Below, piece after piece: positions 20,128 to 28,957 of a DNA stretch of 64,000 nucleotides. The translations under genes and the position numbers were made by a program. Every line of letters begins with the position of its first letter. Positions within the stretch are counted from its first letter, which is position 1. The DNA is from an uncultured virus (IMG/VR IMGVR_UViG_3300029305_006210). Lineage: Duplodnaviria > Heunggongvirae > Uroviricota > Caudoviricetes. The stretch spans positions 1 to 64,000 of the IMG/VR virus record IMGVR_UViG_3300029305_006210, one strand, 5' to 3'. A model generated the notes under the pieces. It ran no database searches and had not been told where the DNA came from. It saw only the letters and a program-made list of their open reading frames with translations.

Positions 20128-22461
20128 TTAATCACATTTGCTAAATCCGCAACTTTTACATATATTACAACCGCCTTCAAAGAATAATTCTTCGCCACAA
20201 TTTGGGCATGCTAAAACACTTCTACCATCTTTAGTTCTTTTTTCAAATGGTTCACTACATTCCGGACAGGAGTAATACTGAGCTGTGAAAGCTTGTCCCC
20301 CTAATTCAGCTTCATCTTCTATCTCGGTTAATCCTAAGTCTTCTTGCATTTCAAGCCACATATCCTTAAGAGCATAACCTACAGCAGTAGGACAACATGA
20401 ACCCTTGCTTGTATCTTTCTTAGTAGCGGCTCTTACCGCATAGCTTGGACAAACACCGCATGACTGAAGTTGATCAACAATAGTATCAATATCAACACCA
20501 GCTCTAGCGGAAGTTGATATCATACGTGATAATCCAACCATGAAGTTGTTGCAACCCCCGGTGCTACCCTTACTAAGATATGTTTCAAGTAAGTCTCCAG
20601 TAATTGGATCAAAGAAAGCAGTACAGTGTAAACTACCACAACCAGTAATAAGTTTACGCTTTTTGCCAATTACATCGTCGTCGGCAAATATAATATCACC
20701 ACGTTTAAGATTTGCTCCTCTTGAAGAATCTTGTACTGTTTCAGGCTGTTCGTCGTTTTCAGTTGTATCTGTAGTTAATACACCTGCTCTTCTGCATCCG
20801 TCACGATAAATCGTAATCCCTTTTAATCCAGCTTCCCAAGCAGCCATATAAATATCCATTACATCTTCTACAGTTGCACTATTCGGCAGATTTAAAGTTG
20901 AGCTTATACTTGCATCAATATATTTCTGCCATACAGACTGCATTTTAATTCGATTTATAGGATTTATATCTGCTGAACATACTACAAAGTCTGGAAGATC
21001 ATCATCAGAATCGATATTTAAGAAATCCATTAATTCATTTATTGTTTTAGGTCTTTCTATGTAATAAACATCTTTGCCATGTAAAGACTGCGTTTTTCTT
21101 TTCCAGCTTTTTGCAAAGTAAGGTTCAATGCCGCCAGAAAGTTGTGCCATTGTTGAAAGCGTTCCAGTTGGGGCAATTGTAAGTAATTGTGAATTTCTTA
21201 AACCATATTTCAATACACGTTCTTTCAATGTATCATCTGTTATTGCTTTGAAATATTTAGAATTTACAACCTCTTTATTATTACACTTTGGATATGCTCC
21301 ATATTCTTTTGCCAGATCACAAGATGTTTTTAATGATTGATAACTGAGCAAATGTGCAATACTATCGCAAAGTTCTAATGATTCTTCACTTCCATATTCA
21401 AAACCTAATTTAACAAGCATGTCCGCAATTCCAAGAATTCCAAGACCAATTTGTCTCCAATCAGATACTGTTTGTCTTTGAATTTCTAATGGATGTAATG
21501 GTAATCCTTCATCTAACACTTCATTTAAAGCTTTTACAGCAATTTCTACTGTATTGATGAATGTTTCCACATCAAAATAAGCATCTGGTGTATATGGGTG
21601 AATTACAAATTCTGATAAGTTGATTGAACCAAGTAAGCAAGACCCGCCTGCTGGTAATGGCTCTTCTGCGCATGGATTAACACCTGCGTATTCAAATTCA
21701 TTATTATTACTTAATAAATTCCAATTAGAAATTCTATCCCAGAACAACATTCCCGGTTCTGCCATATCCCAGTTCATCTTTGCAAGTTTTTCAAAAATAT
21801 CACGAGCATTAACAACCTTAGATATAACTTCGCCAGTCTCTTCTCTTACATATTGCAGTTCATATTCTGCATTATTTGTAACCGCAGACATAAACTCATC
21901 AGTTATTCTAATTGAAATATTCGCTTTAGTAATCTTGTCCAAATCAGATTTAACTTCGATAAATTCTTCCAAGTCTGGATGTGAACAATCAATTGATAAC
22001 ATCAAAGCTCCACGCCTTCCATTTTGCCCTATTAAGCCAGTTGTTAATGAAAAGAGATCCATAAATGATACTGCGCCACTAGTTTCTTTAGCTGTATTAT
22101 TTACTCTTGCGCCTCTTGGAGCTAAATTAGAAATATCTATTCCTACTCCGCCTCCATAACTAAATGTTCGCGCAAGCTTACCTGCTGTATCATAAATAGA
22201 TTCAATGCTATCTTCGGGAGCAGGGAGAACATAACAATTGCTATATGTAGTTTTAACACCATATTTGTATAATCCTCTATTTGCTAAAATACGGCCACCC
22301 AAGAAGAATCTTTTTCTAAAAATCTCTTCTTTTAAATCTTCATTTCCTCCACTTATTCGGTTTAACCATTCGCTGAAAGTTTCATTGTTGTACTGATATT
22401 TCCCCTGCCATATATCAATACCTAACTGATTATCTGAACCTAACCAATCTCTAACGTCCAA
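20128..22461 (-). CDS. nrdJ: class II (B12-dependent) ribonucleotide reductase with C-terminal TSCPD-like domain and Zn ribbons
   Basis: SNCYV, NPCAE, TIAPTGT, KGITIYRDG, EGGCNICKSCGFSKC; no beta subunit nearby. Confidence 0.9.
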   Translation of the reverse strand: MDVRDWLGSDNQLGIDIWQGKYQYNNETFSEWLNRISGGNEDLKEEIFRKRFFLGGRILANRGLYKYGVKTTYSNCYVLPAPEDSIESIYDTAGKLARTFSYGGGVGIDISNLAPRGARVNNTAKETSGAVSFMDLFSLTTGLIGQNGRRGALMLSIDCSHPDLEEFIEVKSDLDKITKANISIRITDEFMSAVTNNAEYELQYVREETGEVISKVVNARDIFEKLAKMNWDMAEPGMLFWDRISNWNLLSNNNEFEYAGVNPCAEEPLPAGGSCLLGSINLSEFVIHPYTPDAYFDVETFINTVEIAVKALNEVLDEGLPLHPLEIQRQTVSDWRQIGLGILGIADMLVKLGFEYGSEESLELCDSIAHLLSYQSLKTSCDLAKEYGAYPKCNNKEVVNSKYFKAITDDTLKERVLKYGLRNSQLLTIAPTGTLSTMAQLSGGIEPYFAKSWKRKTQSLHGKDVYYIERPKTINELMDFLNIDSDDDLPDFVVCSADINPINRIKMQSVWQKYIDASISSTLNLPNSATVEDVMDIYMAAWEAGLKGITIYRDGCRRAGVLTTDTTENDEQPETVQDSSRGANLKRGDIIFADDDVIGKKRKLITGCGSLHCTAFFDPITGDLLETYLSKGSTGGCNNFMVGLSRMISTSARAGVDIDTIVDQLQSCGVCPSYAVRAATKKDTSKGSCCPTAVGYALKDMWLEMQEDLGLTEIEDEAELGGQAFTAQYYSCPECSEPFEKRTKDGRSVLACPNCGEELFFEGGCNICKSCGFSKCD

Positions 22462-23029
22462 TACTACTCCTTTCTATTGGAAGCTTTTCTTTAATGAAAT
22501 TATAGATAAATGTCCAATTTGATAATCTGACAGCACTAATTAACTTTTCGTTAAAAGCTTTATTATGAGGTGCATCAAAGAGTACTTTTATGTAACTCGC
22601 ATCATAAAAATTAACTGGATTATCATCGACTAACAGATCTACATCCACCATCTGCTTCCTTTGTGTTACTATAATTTGTTCTTCTTTTATAAATGGAAAT
22701 AATTCAAAGAATTGAATTAACTTAGGTTTAAGAGTTTGATATGATGTGGCGGTAATAATTACTACATCATATCCATCATCAATAAGTTTTTTAAGATAAA
22801 ACTGACTTCCGGGCTTAGGTTTTAATGTTTCCCAAAAATCATTCTGTTCGAGAATATAAAAGAGCATTTCTCGTGTACCCTTTTTTATATACTGATCTAT
22901 TTGCCATGATTTAATATCTTCTGGCGTAACATCATCATCTACGATTTCATTATATCGTTTCAGCCATGCATCAACTAAAGACCATAAGACATCATCAAGG
23001 TCAATACCTATTACTGGTCTATCTCTCAT
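22451..23029 (-). CDS. 5'(3')-deoxyribonucleotidase (HAD)
   Basis: IDLDDVL, LVDDNP and FDAPHN motifs. Confidence 0.85.
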   Translation of the reverse strand: MRDRPVIGIDLDDVLWSLVDAWLKRYNEIVDDDVTPEDIKSWQIDQYIKKGTREMLFYILEQNDFWETLKPKPGSQFYLKKLIDDGYDVVIITATSYQTLKPKLIQFFELFPFIKEEQIIVTQRKQMVDVDLLVDDNPVNFYDASYIKVLFDAPHNKAFNEKLISAVRLSNWTFIYNFIKEKLPIERSSIGR

Positions 23030-23585
23030 ATGATACCGCCCCTAATTTTGAAAACACAACAAAGGTAGCTGAATCATAAACTCTTGTCGTAATCAAATCT
23101 ACATTATTAATATTGGCATTAATAGTTACCATAGCATTAGTATTAGCAAATACTTTTTTATCATGGTGTAGTCTTCTCAGTGCTGATAAAATAGAGTCGC
23201 CACGTTTTCTCATGCGCTTATATCGGACTTTTCTTTGAGCTAAAAGTTCAATTATAATAATCTTCTTTTTCCCTTTATAGTGCTTTTTAAAATATTCAAC
23301 ACCGGCTGGATCAATTATATATACATCGCATTCATCAACCTGCTTATTTGTAGCCCAATATTTATTACCATCAAACTCAGTAAAAGCACACATATCATCT
23401 TTCATTTGTTCGTATTCAGCTTCACTAACAAATATATGACTATCTTCACCATCATATCTCGGTGCTCTAGTTGAGTAAGAAATTACAGGTTTTAAATCAT
23501 ATTTTTTTAAAAGCGCATTTTGTATGGTTGTTTTACCCGTACCAGATTTACCAATGAGTAAAATTATATGATCTTTAATTTTCAA
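23019..23585 (-). CDS. gmk: guanylate kinase-like protein
   Basis: GKSGTGKT, STRAPR..E and H.FVS motifs. Confidence 0.8.
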   Translation of the reverse strand: MKIKDHIILLIGKSGTGKTTIQNALLKKYDLKPVISYSTRAPRYDGEDSHIFVSEAEYEQMKDDMCAFTEFDGNKYWATNKQVDECDVYIIDPAGVEYFKKHYKGKKKIIIIELLAQRKVRYKRMRKRGDSILSALRRLHHDKKVFANTNAMVTINANINNVDLITTRVYDSATFVVFSKLGAVSYER

Positions 23586-23751
23586 CCTCCTGTATTATGT
23601 AACCATTTTCATTCATTATTATTTCAAAGTCTTCCCAAAATTCGTGAAACCTTTGATCATCTAAACTATCTAAAAGTTCATGAGCAATCAACTCAACTGC
23701 AGCTATACCCTTAGGAGTAATCTTAATAATTGTGTTATCATCAAGTTTCAT
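23575..23751 (-). CDS. small hypothetical protein (58 aa, missing from the ORF track)
   Basis: MKLDDNTIIKITPKG...QEVEN* fills the gap and overlaps both neighbours. Confidence 0.5.
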   Translation of the reverse strand: MKLDDNTIIKITPKGIAAVELIAHELLDSLDDQRFHEFWEDFEIIMNENGYIIQEVEN

Positions 23752-24374
23752 TACATAACCCCCTTATACTTATAAAACCAGTCATTATAAATATCATATC
23801 TTTCTTGGATATTATCTGTCATAAGATAACCGGCATTATTACTATTAAGAGTTTTAAAGAATTCGCATGGCGCTCCCATTTTTTCAGGACAGCCACATCG
23901 ATATACACAGTTTGGAACTAATACATCCGCAATTTCTGGTTCAACATCATGAATAGTACATTTTAGATCTTCCATATATTCTCTTGTTTCCGGTGATGCT
24001 TGATAGCATAATCTTTTTCTTGCCGTATCAATAAGCGCTTGAATATTTGCATCGCCAGTAAATTTAACGAGAGCACTTTGAGGGAGTTCATCTCTATCAA
24101 TACCAGTTCTATCTGTTCTTTGTGTAGCTACAAAACATTCCCATTTATGACGCACCCAATGTGTTGCTACCCAACTCTTAATACTTGGCCAAATCCACTT
24201 AATTGACATCTCTCTAATAGGACTATGTTCAGCAATAAGTATATTCTTCTTAAATGCTACTGATGGCTCTTTATCAAGAGGTTCCTTGCTCACCGTGCTT
24301 CTGCAATCATTTAACACCTCTAACCATTCGCCTTTAACTTTGAGATTTTCTGTTAACTTTTTTATAAGTATCAC
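23751..24374 (-). CDS. thyX: FAD-dependent thymidylate synthase-like protein
   Basis: HSPIRE, HWVRH...TQRTDR, RLCYQA..E.R and VPNCVYR..CPE motifs. Confidence 0.75.
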   Translation of the reverse strand: MILIKKLTENLKVKGEWLEVLNDCRSTVSKEPLDKEPSVAFKKNILIAEHSPIREMSIKWIWPSIKSWVATHWVRHKWECFVATQRTDRTGIDRDELPQSALVKFTGDANIQALIDTARKRLCYQASPETREYMEDLKCTIHDVEPEIADVLVPNCVYRCGCPEKMGAPCEFFKTLNSNNAGYLMTDNIQERYDIYNDWFYKYKGVM

Positions 24375-24687
24375 TCCTTTCTATATTAAAAAAGACACTT
24401 GAATAAACTCCATTTGGATATTCATTTAATAATCTTTGTTTTGCTCGTTCTTTAGTTTTTGGTCCCCATATTGGGTCTATAGATAAATAAAATAACCACG
24501 ATTCCTCATCATTAAAATCTTTTCTAGACTTTATATTTTCATTCTTTATTTTATATAAAGAATTTTGAATTAAATACAATCCACGTATTTTAGATATCAT
24601 ACGTATACTTCAGCTAAACCTGTTATGTAACCAGTAATAAAAGCTGTTGTAATTGCTACTAAGATAGCAACAATAATGATGGCTCTT

Positions 24688-25080
24688 TTAAGCCTTAGTT
24701 TTTCTCTTCTTTTCATCTACCCCTCTTTCTCTTTTAAAAAGCCATATGACATGATTTGCCACTCTTATGATAATATTCTTGTCTTCATCTTTTAAACGGT
24801 GATATAAATCAAACCCTGTTGTCCCATCAAAATCATGAAAGACGTATCCATATTGTGTGGCTGTTTTTATATCTCCTTTATATTCGGATTGTCTTTGTGC
24901 TAAGAAGTAGGCTACTTTGTCATATTGATGATCTGTAAAAATCGAATCATCGTTTTCGTAATAAATATAACTATTTACAATAATCCATCGTTGTAAGAAG
25001 CTAAGATATTCTTCTTCTGACATGTCACTTGGAGGTTTTAATAAATGTTTAATACTAATCATATTTGACGTTGATTTCAT
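24688..25080 (-). CDS. stand-alone domain resembling NAD-dependent ligase subdomain Ia
   Basis: YIYYENDDSIFTDHQYD matches LigA YY...P.I.D.EYD; no adenylation domain follows. Confidence 0.55.
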   Translation of the reverse strand: MKSTSNMISIKHLLKPPSDMSEEEYLSFLQRWIIVNSYIYYENDDSIFTDHQYDKVAYFLAQRQSEYKGDIKTATQYGYVFHDFDGTTGFDLYHRLKDEDKNIIIRVANHVIWLFKRERGVDEKKRKTKA

Positions 25081-26002
25081 CTAATACATGTCCCATTCCA
25101 AGACCTTCTCTATTAGGCTGCCAAACTCCATTCTCATCATATTCTCCCCCTTGAATACAATATTTATATAATTTAGGATGAGTTTCTTTAAGACGTTGGA
25201 ATCTATTTGGCTCCTTTTCAAGATGAGCGCCAAAGCCACAAAATACACACCCGGTACGATCACACCCGGTAAGGTAATATCTTCCTTGTTCGTCTTGTTT
25301 GATCTCGCCATATACAGATGCATATGGTACATCAAATTCTTTCAAATATTGAAGAATATCTTGTTCAAGCCATATTGATAATGGCTTTGAAGATGGTGTT
25401 TTCTCTGTAAATGAATTACAACCATATTTAATATATTGAGATCTTCTTTGTCTGCTCTCTTCGGCCATTATGCCTATATATGGCTTACGACCTGATTCTT
25501 TACCATATTTTTTTATAGGACTTTTCTTCATGTGATAGCAGCATTTATCAGATATTTTGAAGTCAGTGTTTAAAAGGAATTTCCATTTCGATTTATCAAA
25601 CATAGATGTTTTCCCATTCTTTAATTTATCGGCTGTACCCATTAACTGTTTAAGACGCGAACACTCTTTACCATTTTTTAAAGCCACACGGCCATATTCT
25701 ATTGCAGAAGCCACATCTTTACTAATAATAGGATATCCATACATAGTTAATATCTGATCAAATCGTATCTTAGGTCTTACAATTACATCTGCTCTTTCTC
25801 TTGCGAAAGCTCTAACTTCAGGATATTCTAATCCCGTATCGGAAAATACGACCGGCACATCTGGATACATTTCTTTAACTAAATGCATTAATACAGTGCT
25901 ATCTTTTCCGCCACTAAATGATATATAAACTTGTCCATCCCAATACTCATACCACTCTTTAATTCTTTGTTTTGCTAATGTAATTTTGGCTTCAAGTGGC
26001 AA
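25055..26002 (-). CDS. PAPS reductase-family protein
   Basis: SFSGGKDS, DTGLEYPE, CC...KK.P and RTGCVFC motifs. Confidence 0.85.
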   Translation of the reverse strand: MPLEAKITLAKQRIKEWYEYWDGQVYISFSGGKDSTVLMHLVKEMYPDVPVVFSDTGLEYPEVRAFARERADVIVRPKIRFDQILTMYGYPIISKDVASAIEYGRVALKNGKECSRLKQLMGTADKLKNGKTSMFDKSKWKFLLNTDFKISDKCCYHMKKSPIKKYGKESGRKPYIGIMAEESRQRRSQYIKYGCNSFTEKTPSSKPLSIWLEQDILQYLKEFDVPYASVYGEIKQDEQGRYYLTGCDRTGCVFCGFGAHLEKEPNRFQRLKETHPKLYKYCIQGGEYDENGVWQPNREGLGMGHVLDEINVKYD

Positions 26003-26130
26003 CGATTGTTTTTGCTTTAAATATGATGAACGAAGTTGTTTTTCTTCTTTCTCTATTTTTTTACCCCTTATTTTTTCAAAAAACCAATGAGGCCGAAGTT
26101 TTACTCCAGCCTCAAATGTATTAAACTCGT

Positions 26131-26952
26131 TTATCTATTATCTACTATCGTACTCGCACCTTTAATTTCAACCCAACCATGCTTGATTCTGGCTTCCATT
26201 TCCATTTTCTTTAAGAGCTCGTCTGTAATAGATTCTGCAATAATTTTATTTGCCTTAGCTTCTGCTTCTGCTTTAACTTTTTTAGTTTCAGCTTCAATTT
26301 TCTGTTTTTCTAATTCCTGCTTAGCAGCTTCAATTTCCTGTGCTTTTTTACTTCTTTCATTGATAGCCTGCTTAATTGCCTTTTCCGGTTCAGCTCTTGG
26401 CAATGTCGCTGATTCAACAATTACACCATATGGCTTTAACTTTTCTTGTAAATGTTTTGTTAATTCAGTATTAACCTCGGACTTCTTATCCATATAAGCT
26501 TCAAGGACTGTATATTCTGAAGTAACTTCATTTACGTATGTACGAGCCTTACTCTTGATTCTTGAATTAACAATATCTTCACCAGAAAGACCTCTATACT
26601 TAGTTGCGATGGTTGGGATGTCTTCTGCATTGAAATGATATGACATTTCTAAATCAACATTTAAAACACCATCCTGGCATGTCGCATTAAACGCTTCATT
26701 TTCTTCAGAACCATCTCTTTCGTCTTTAGTCATTAATAATTGTTCTGTAGCTATTGAGTATTTAGTCACCTTTTTATGCGGCGCTATAAAATGCCAACCT
26801 TCACTTAATACTTCATCGGAAGTACCACCTCTGATTGAATATACAGATCCTACATGTCCTCGTGGAATCTTTTCAATAGATAAAATACCAATAATTAATG
26901 CTAATAGTAATAACGGAATAATGATATAAAATGCTTTCCCTTTTTTATTCAC
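26131..26952 (-). CDS. SPFH/prohibitin (band 7) membrane protein
   Basis: N-terminal TM helix, G.VG.V...EGWHF..P motif, coiled-coil C-terminus. Confidence 0.85.
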   Translation of the reverse strand: MNKKGKAFYIIIPLLLLALIIGILSIEKIPRGHVGSVYSIRGGTSDEVLSEGWHFIAPHKKVTKYSIATEQLLMTKDERDGSEENEAFNATCQDGVLNVDLEMSYHFNAEDIPTIATKYRGLSGEDIVNSRIKSKARTYVNEVTSEYTVLEAYMDKKSEVNTELTKHLQEKLKPYGVIVESATLPRAEPEKAIKQAINERSKKAQEIEAAKQELEKQKIEAETKKVKAEAEAKANKIIAESITDELLKKMEMEARIKHGWVEIKGASTIVDNR

Positions 26953-27119
26953 TATCGTCTTCTACCCTTTCCTCATCTAAATTCTCTATAAATGTGTCAA
27001 CAAAATCCGTGGCTTTATTATAAATTTTATCGCCGCTAAAATAACAAATGCCAGCCGCTATAACAGCTAAAGCTATAATTGTTAATAAACCTAATACAAT
27101 CATTTTTTACATCACTCCT

Positions 27120-28289
27120 TTACAAATCCCAATCTTCATCTCTTACTGCAAAAGCATCTCCTCTTTGAATAATATCTGGATAATTTTTAAGCGCTATTTG
27201 CATAGCATAATTGTCTATTTCATACGCATAGTATTTAATATTAGTGAACCCCATCTTATCTAAGCAATATCTTCCGGTTCCAATACCATCGTACATAGAT
27301 AAAACAATAATCTCTTCATCTCGTGGAATATCTTTTAATACACCATCTAGAATATGTATAATGACTTCAGCAGTCCAACCATTGCCAAGTCCTTTATATC
27401 GCTGTGTATTACTTACTCCTGCAGTATAATTATCCGGCAATGTTTGTAATCGCTCGCATTCTATTGGTGATAATTTTCTTATGATGTAATAACCATCTTG
27501 AAGTTTAATAGGATATTTTTGCTCCTTAATTTCAATAGCTCCATCTTTTACACAATAAACATTTTCACCACGAATATTAGATACTTTTTCTGCACAAATA
27601 TTATAAGGAACACCCTTATGTATATTAGCCGTTATACAACAAGCCTTATCTTTTTCATCAGGTTTTTGCAAATAAGTCCAACGATCACTATATTTGCCAT
27701 TAGTTCCACGTACCATATAATCTAATTCTCGTTCGCTTAGATGTTTTATCGGAGTGGCATACAATCCTGTTTTGCCACCCTGTCCACCACCACCAGCATT
27801 AATTGTGACTGATTTTCCTTCAGGTGAATATATTCGATGGGCTTGAGCAGTACTGCCAATATCTCCTATACGAATTATCCCACCATCATGATCGGTAGCA
27901 TTATCTCCAATAGTTTCAATACGATAGCCCTCTTCCATAAAAGGCTCATTACTTTCTAAAATATCTTTCAATAAGATGCCTCTATCTTCAGGTTGCTCTA
28001 CTTCCCAATTAAATACATAAAATCGTTGTCTATTCTGAGCTGAAACTAATGATGAATTTATATTCATTAAATCAGTTCCAAGCTCAGTGCAAATTTGAGA
28101 CTTTATAGCCTCTGATGCAGATTTATTATTTTCATATAAGAAATAATCTGGTTGAAATTTTTCTTTAGCTATTAAATAATTCTTAAATAACTCCCAACCT
28201 TGGCCTGCAGCTTCTATCTCTCGATTCTTTTTTTGAGCGATAGACCAATGAGTACAGGGTGATCCCCCTAATAACAGTTTTATTGTCAA
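27120..28289 (-). CDS. C5 cytosine DNA methyltransferase, circularly permuted
   Basis: Starts at motif IV (GGSPC), then ENN, QNRQR, ECERLQ, LGNGW; motifs I-III (LSMYDGIG, YEID, GD) lie at the C-terminus. Confidence 0.9.
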   Translation of the reverse strand: MTIKLLLGGSPCTHWSIAQKKNREIEAAGQGWELFKNYLIAKEKFQPDYFLYENNKSASEAIKSQICTELGTDLMNINSSLVSAQNRQRFYVFNWEVEQPEDRGILLKDILESNEPFMEEGYRIETIGDNATDHDGGIIRIGDIGSTAQAHRIYSPEGKSVTINAGGGGQGGKTGLYATPIKHLSERELDYMVRGTNGKYSDRWTYLQKPDEKDKACCITANIHKGVPYNICAEKVSNIRGENVYCVKDGAIEIKEQKYPIKLQDGYYIIRKLSPIECERLQTLPDNYTAGVSNTQRYKGLGNGWTAEVIIHILDGVLKDIPRDEEIIVLSMYDGIGTGRYCLDKMGFTNIKYYAYEIDNYAMQIALKNYPDIIQRGDAFAVRDEDWDL

Positions 28290-28426
28290 ATAAATTTAAA
28301 AGGAAATCCGGATTTATTGTGGCCACAACCTTATCTCCTTTCATTTTTATTTAAGATTTATATAAAATTTCAGATTGACAGACTATTAACTAAACTTTTT
28401 ATACTTCTAAGCTTTTAACATTTTAA

Positions 28427-28957
28427 TCATCTCAATCTTTCTCTTAACCAATACATAAATGTACTGTAAATCCATAATCCAGATTGATTCTTATCTGGCA
28501 TAAACATAATTTCCAACTCATATCGATGATTGAAAGTATGTAACGTTGCTAAATAAGATTTAGCTGCATATTCAGATCTATAATTTCCTTTCACTATATC
28601 GTCGTATGTATTTCCTTCAATAAGTAAATATTTTTTCCCAGGAAATGTAGCCATTTCTTCTTCAAACCTGGTGCGACTCTTAGTGAAATTGCCAGCAAGC
28701 TCGTCCACTGAATTTTTTCGCTCAATAATAATTTCACCGTCAAAATAAAGATCTCGATCAATATTCAAATCTGGATTTTTAGGAATGTAAAAACTATAAT
28801 CTCCATTGTTTAGCGCTTTGGATTTCCAAGTAATATTTTTTTTATCGAAGAAATCTGTAATATGATTATTTTTTTGTTCACGCGTATCTACTAAAACACC
28901 TATAGATTTCAATAGCACACCTTTTTCTTTGTCCGTATATTTATAATACTGAAGCAA
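28427..28957 (-). CDS. ERCC4-domain nuclease
   Basis: VDTREQ, GDYS and IERK motifs. Confidence 0.9.
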   Translation of the reverse strand: MLQYYKYTDKEKGVLLKSIGVLVDTREQKNNHITDFFDKKNITWKSKALNNGDYSFYIPKNPDLNIDRDLYFDGEIIIERKNSVDELAGNFTKSRTRFEEEMATFPGKKYLLIEGNTYDDIVKGNYRSEYAAKSYLATLHTFNHRYELEIMFMPDKNQSGLWIYSTFMYWLRERLR

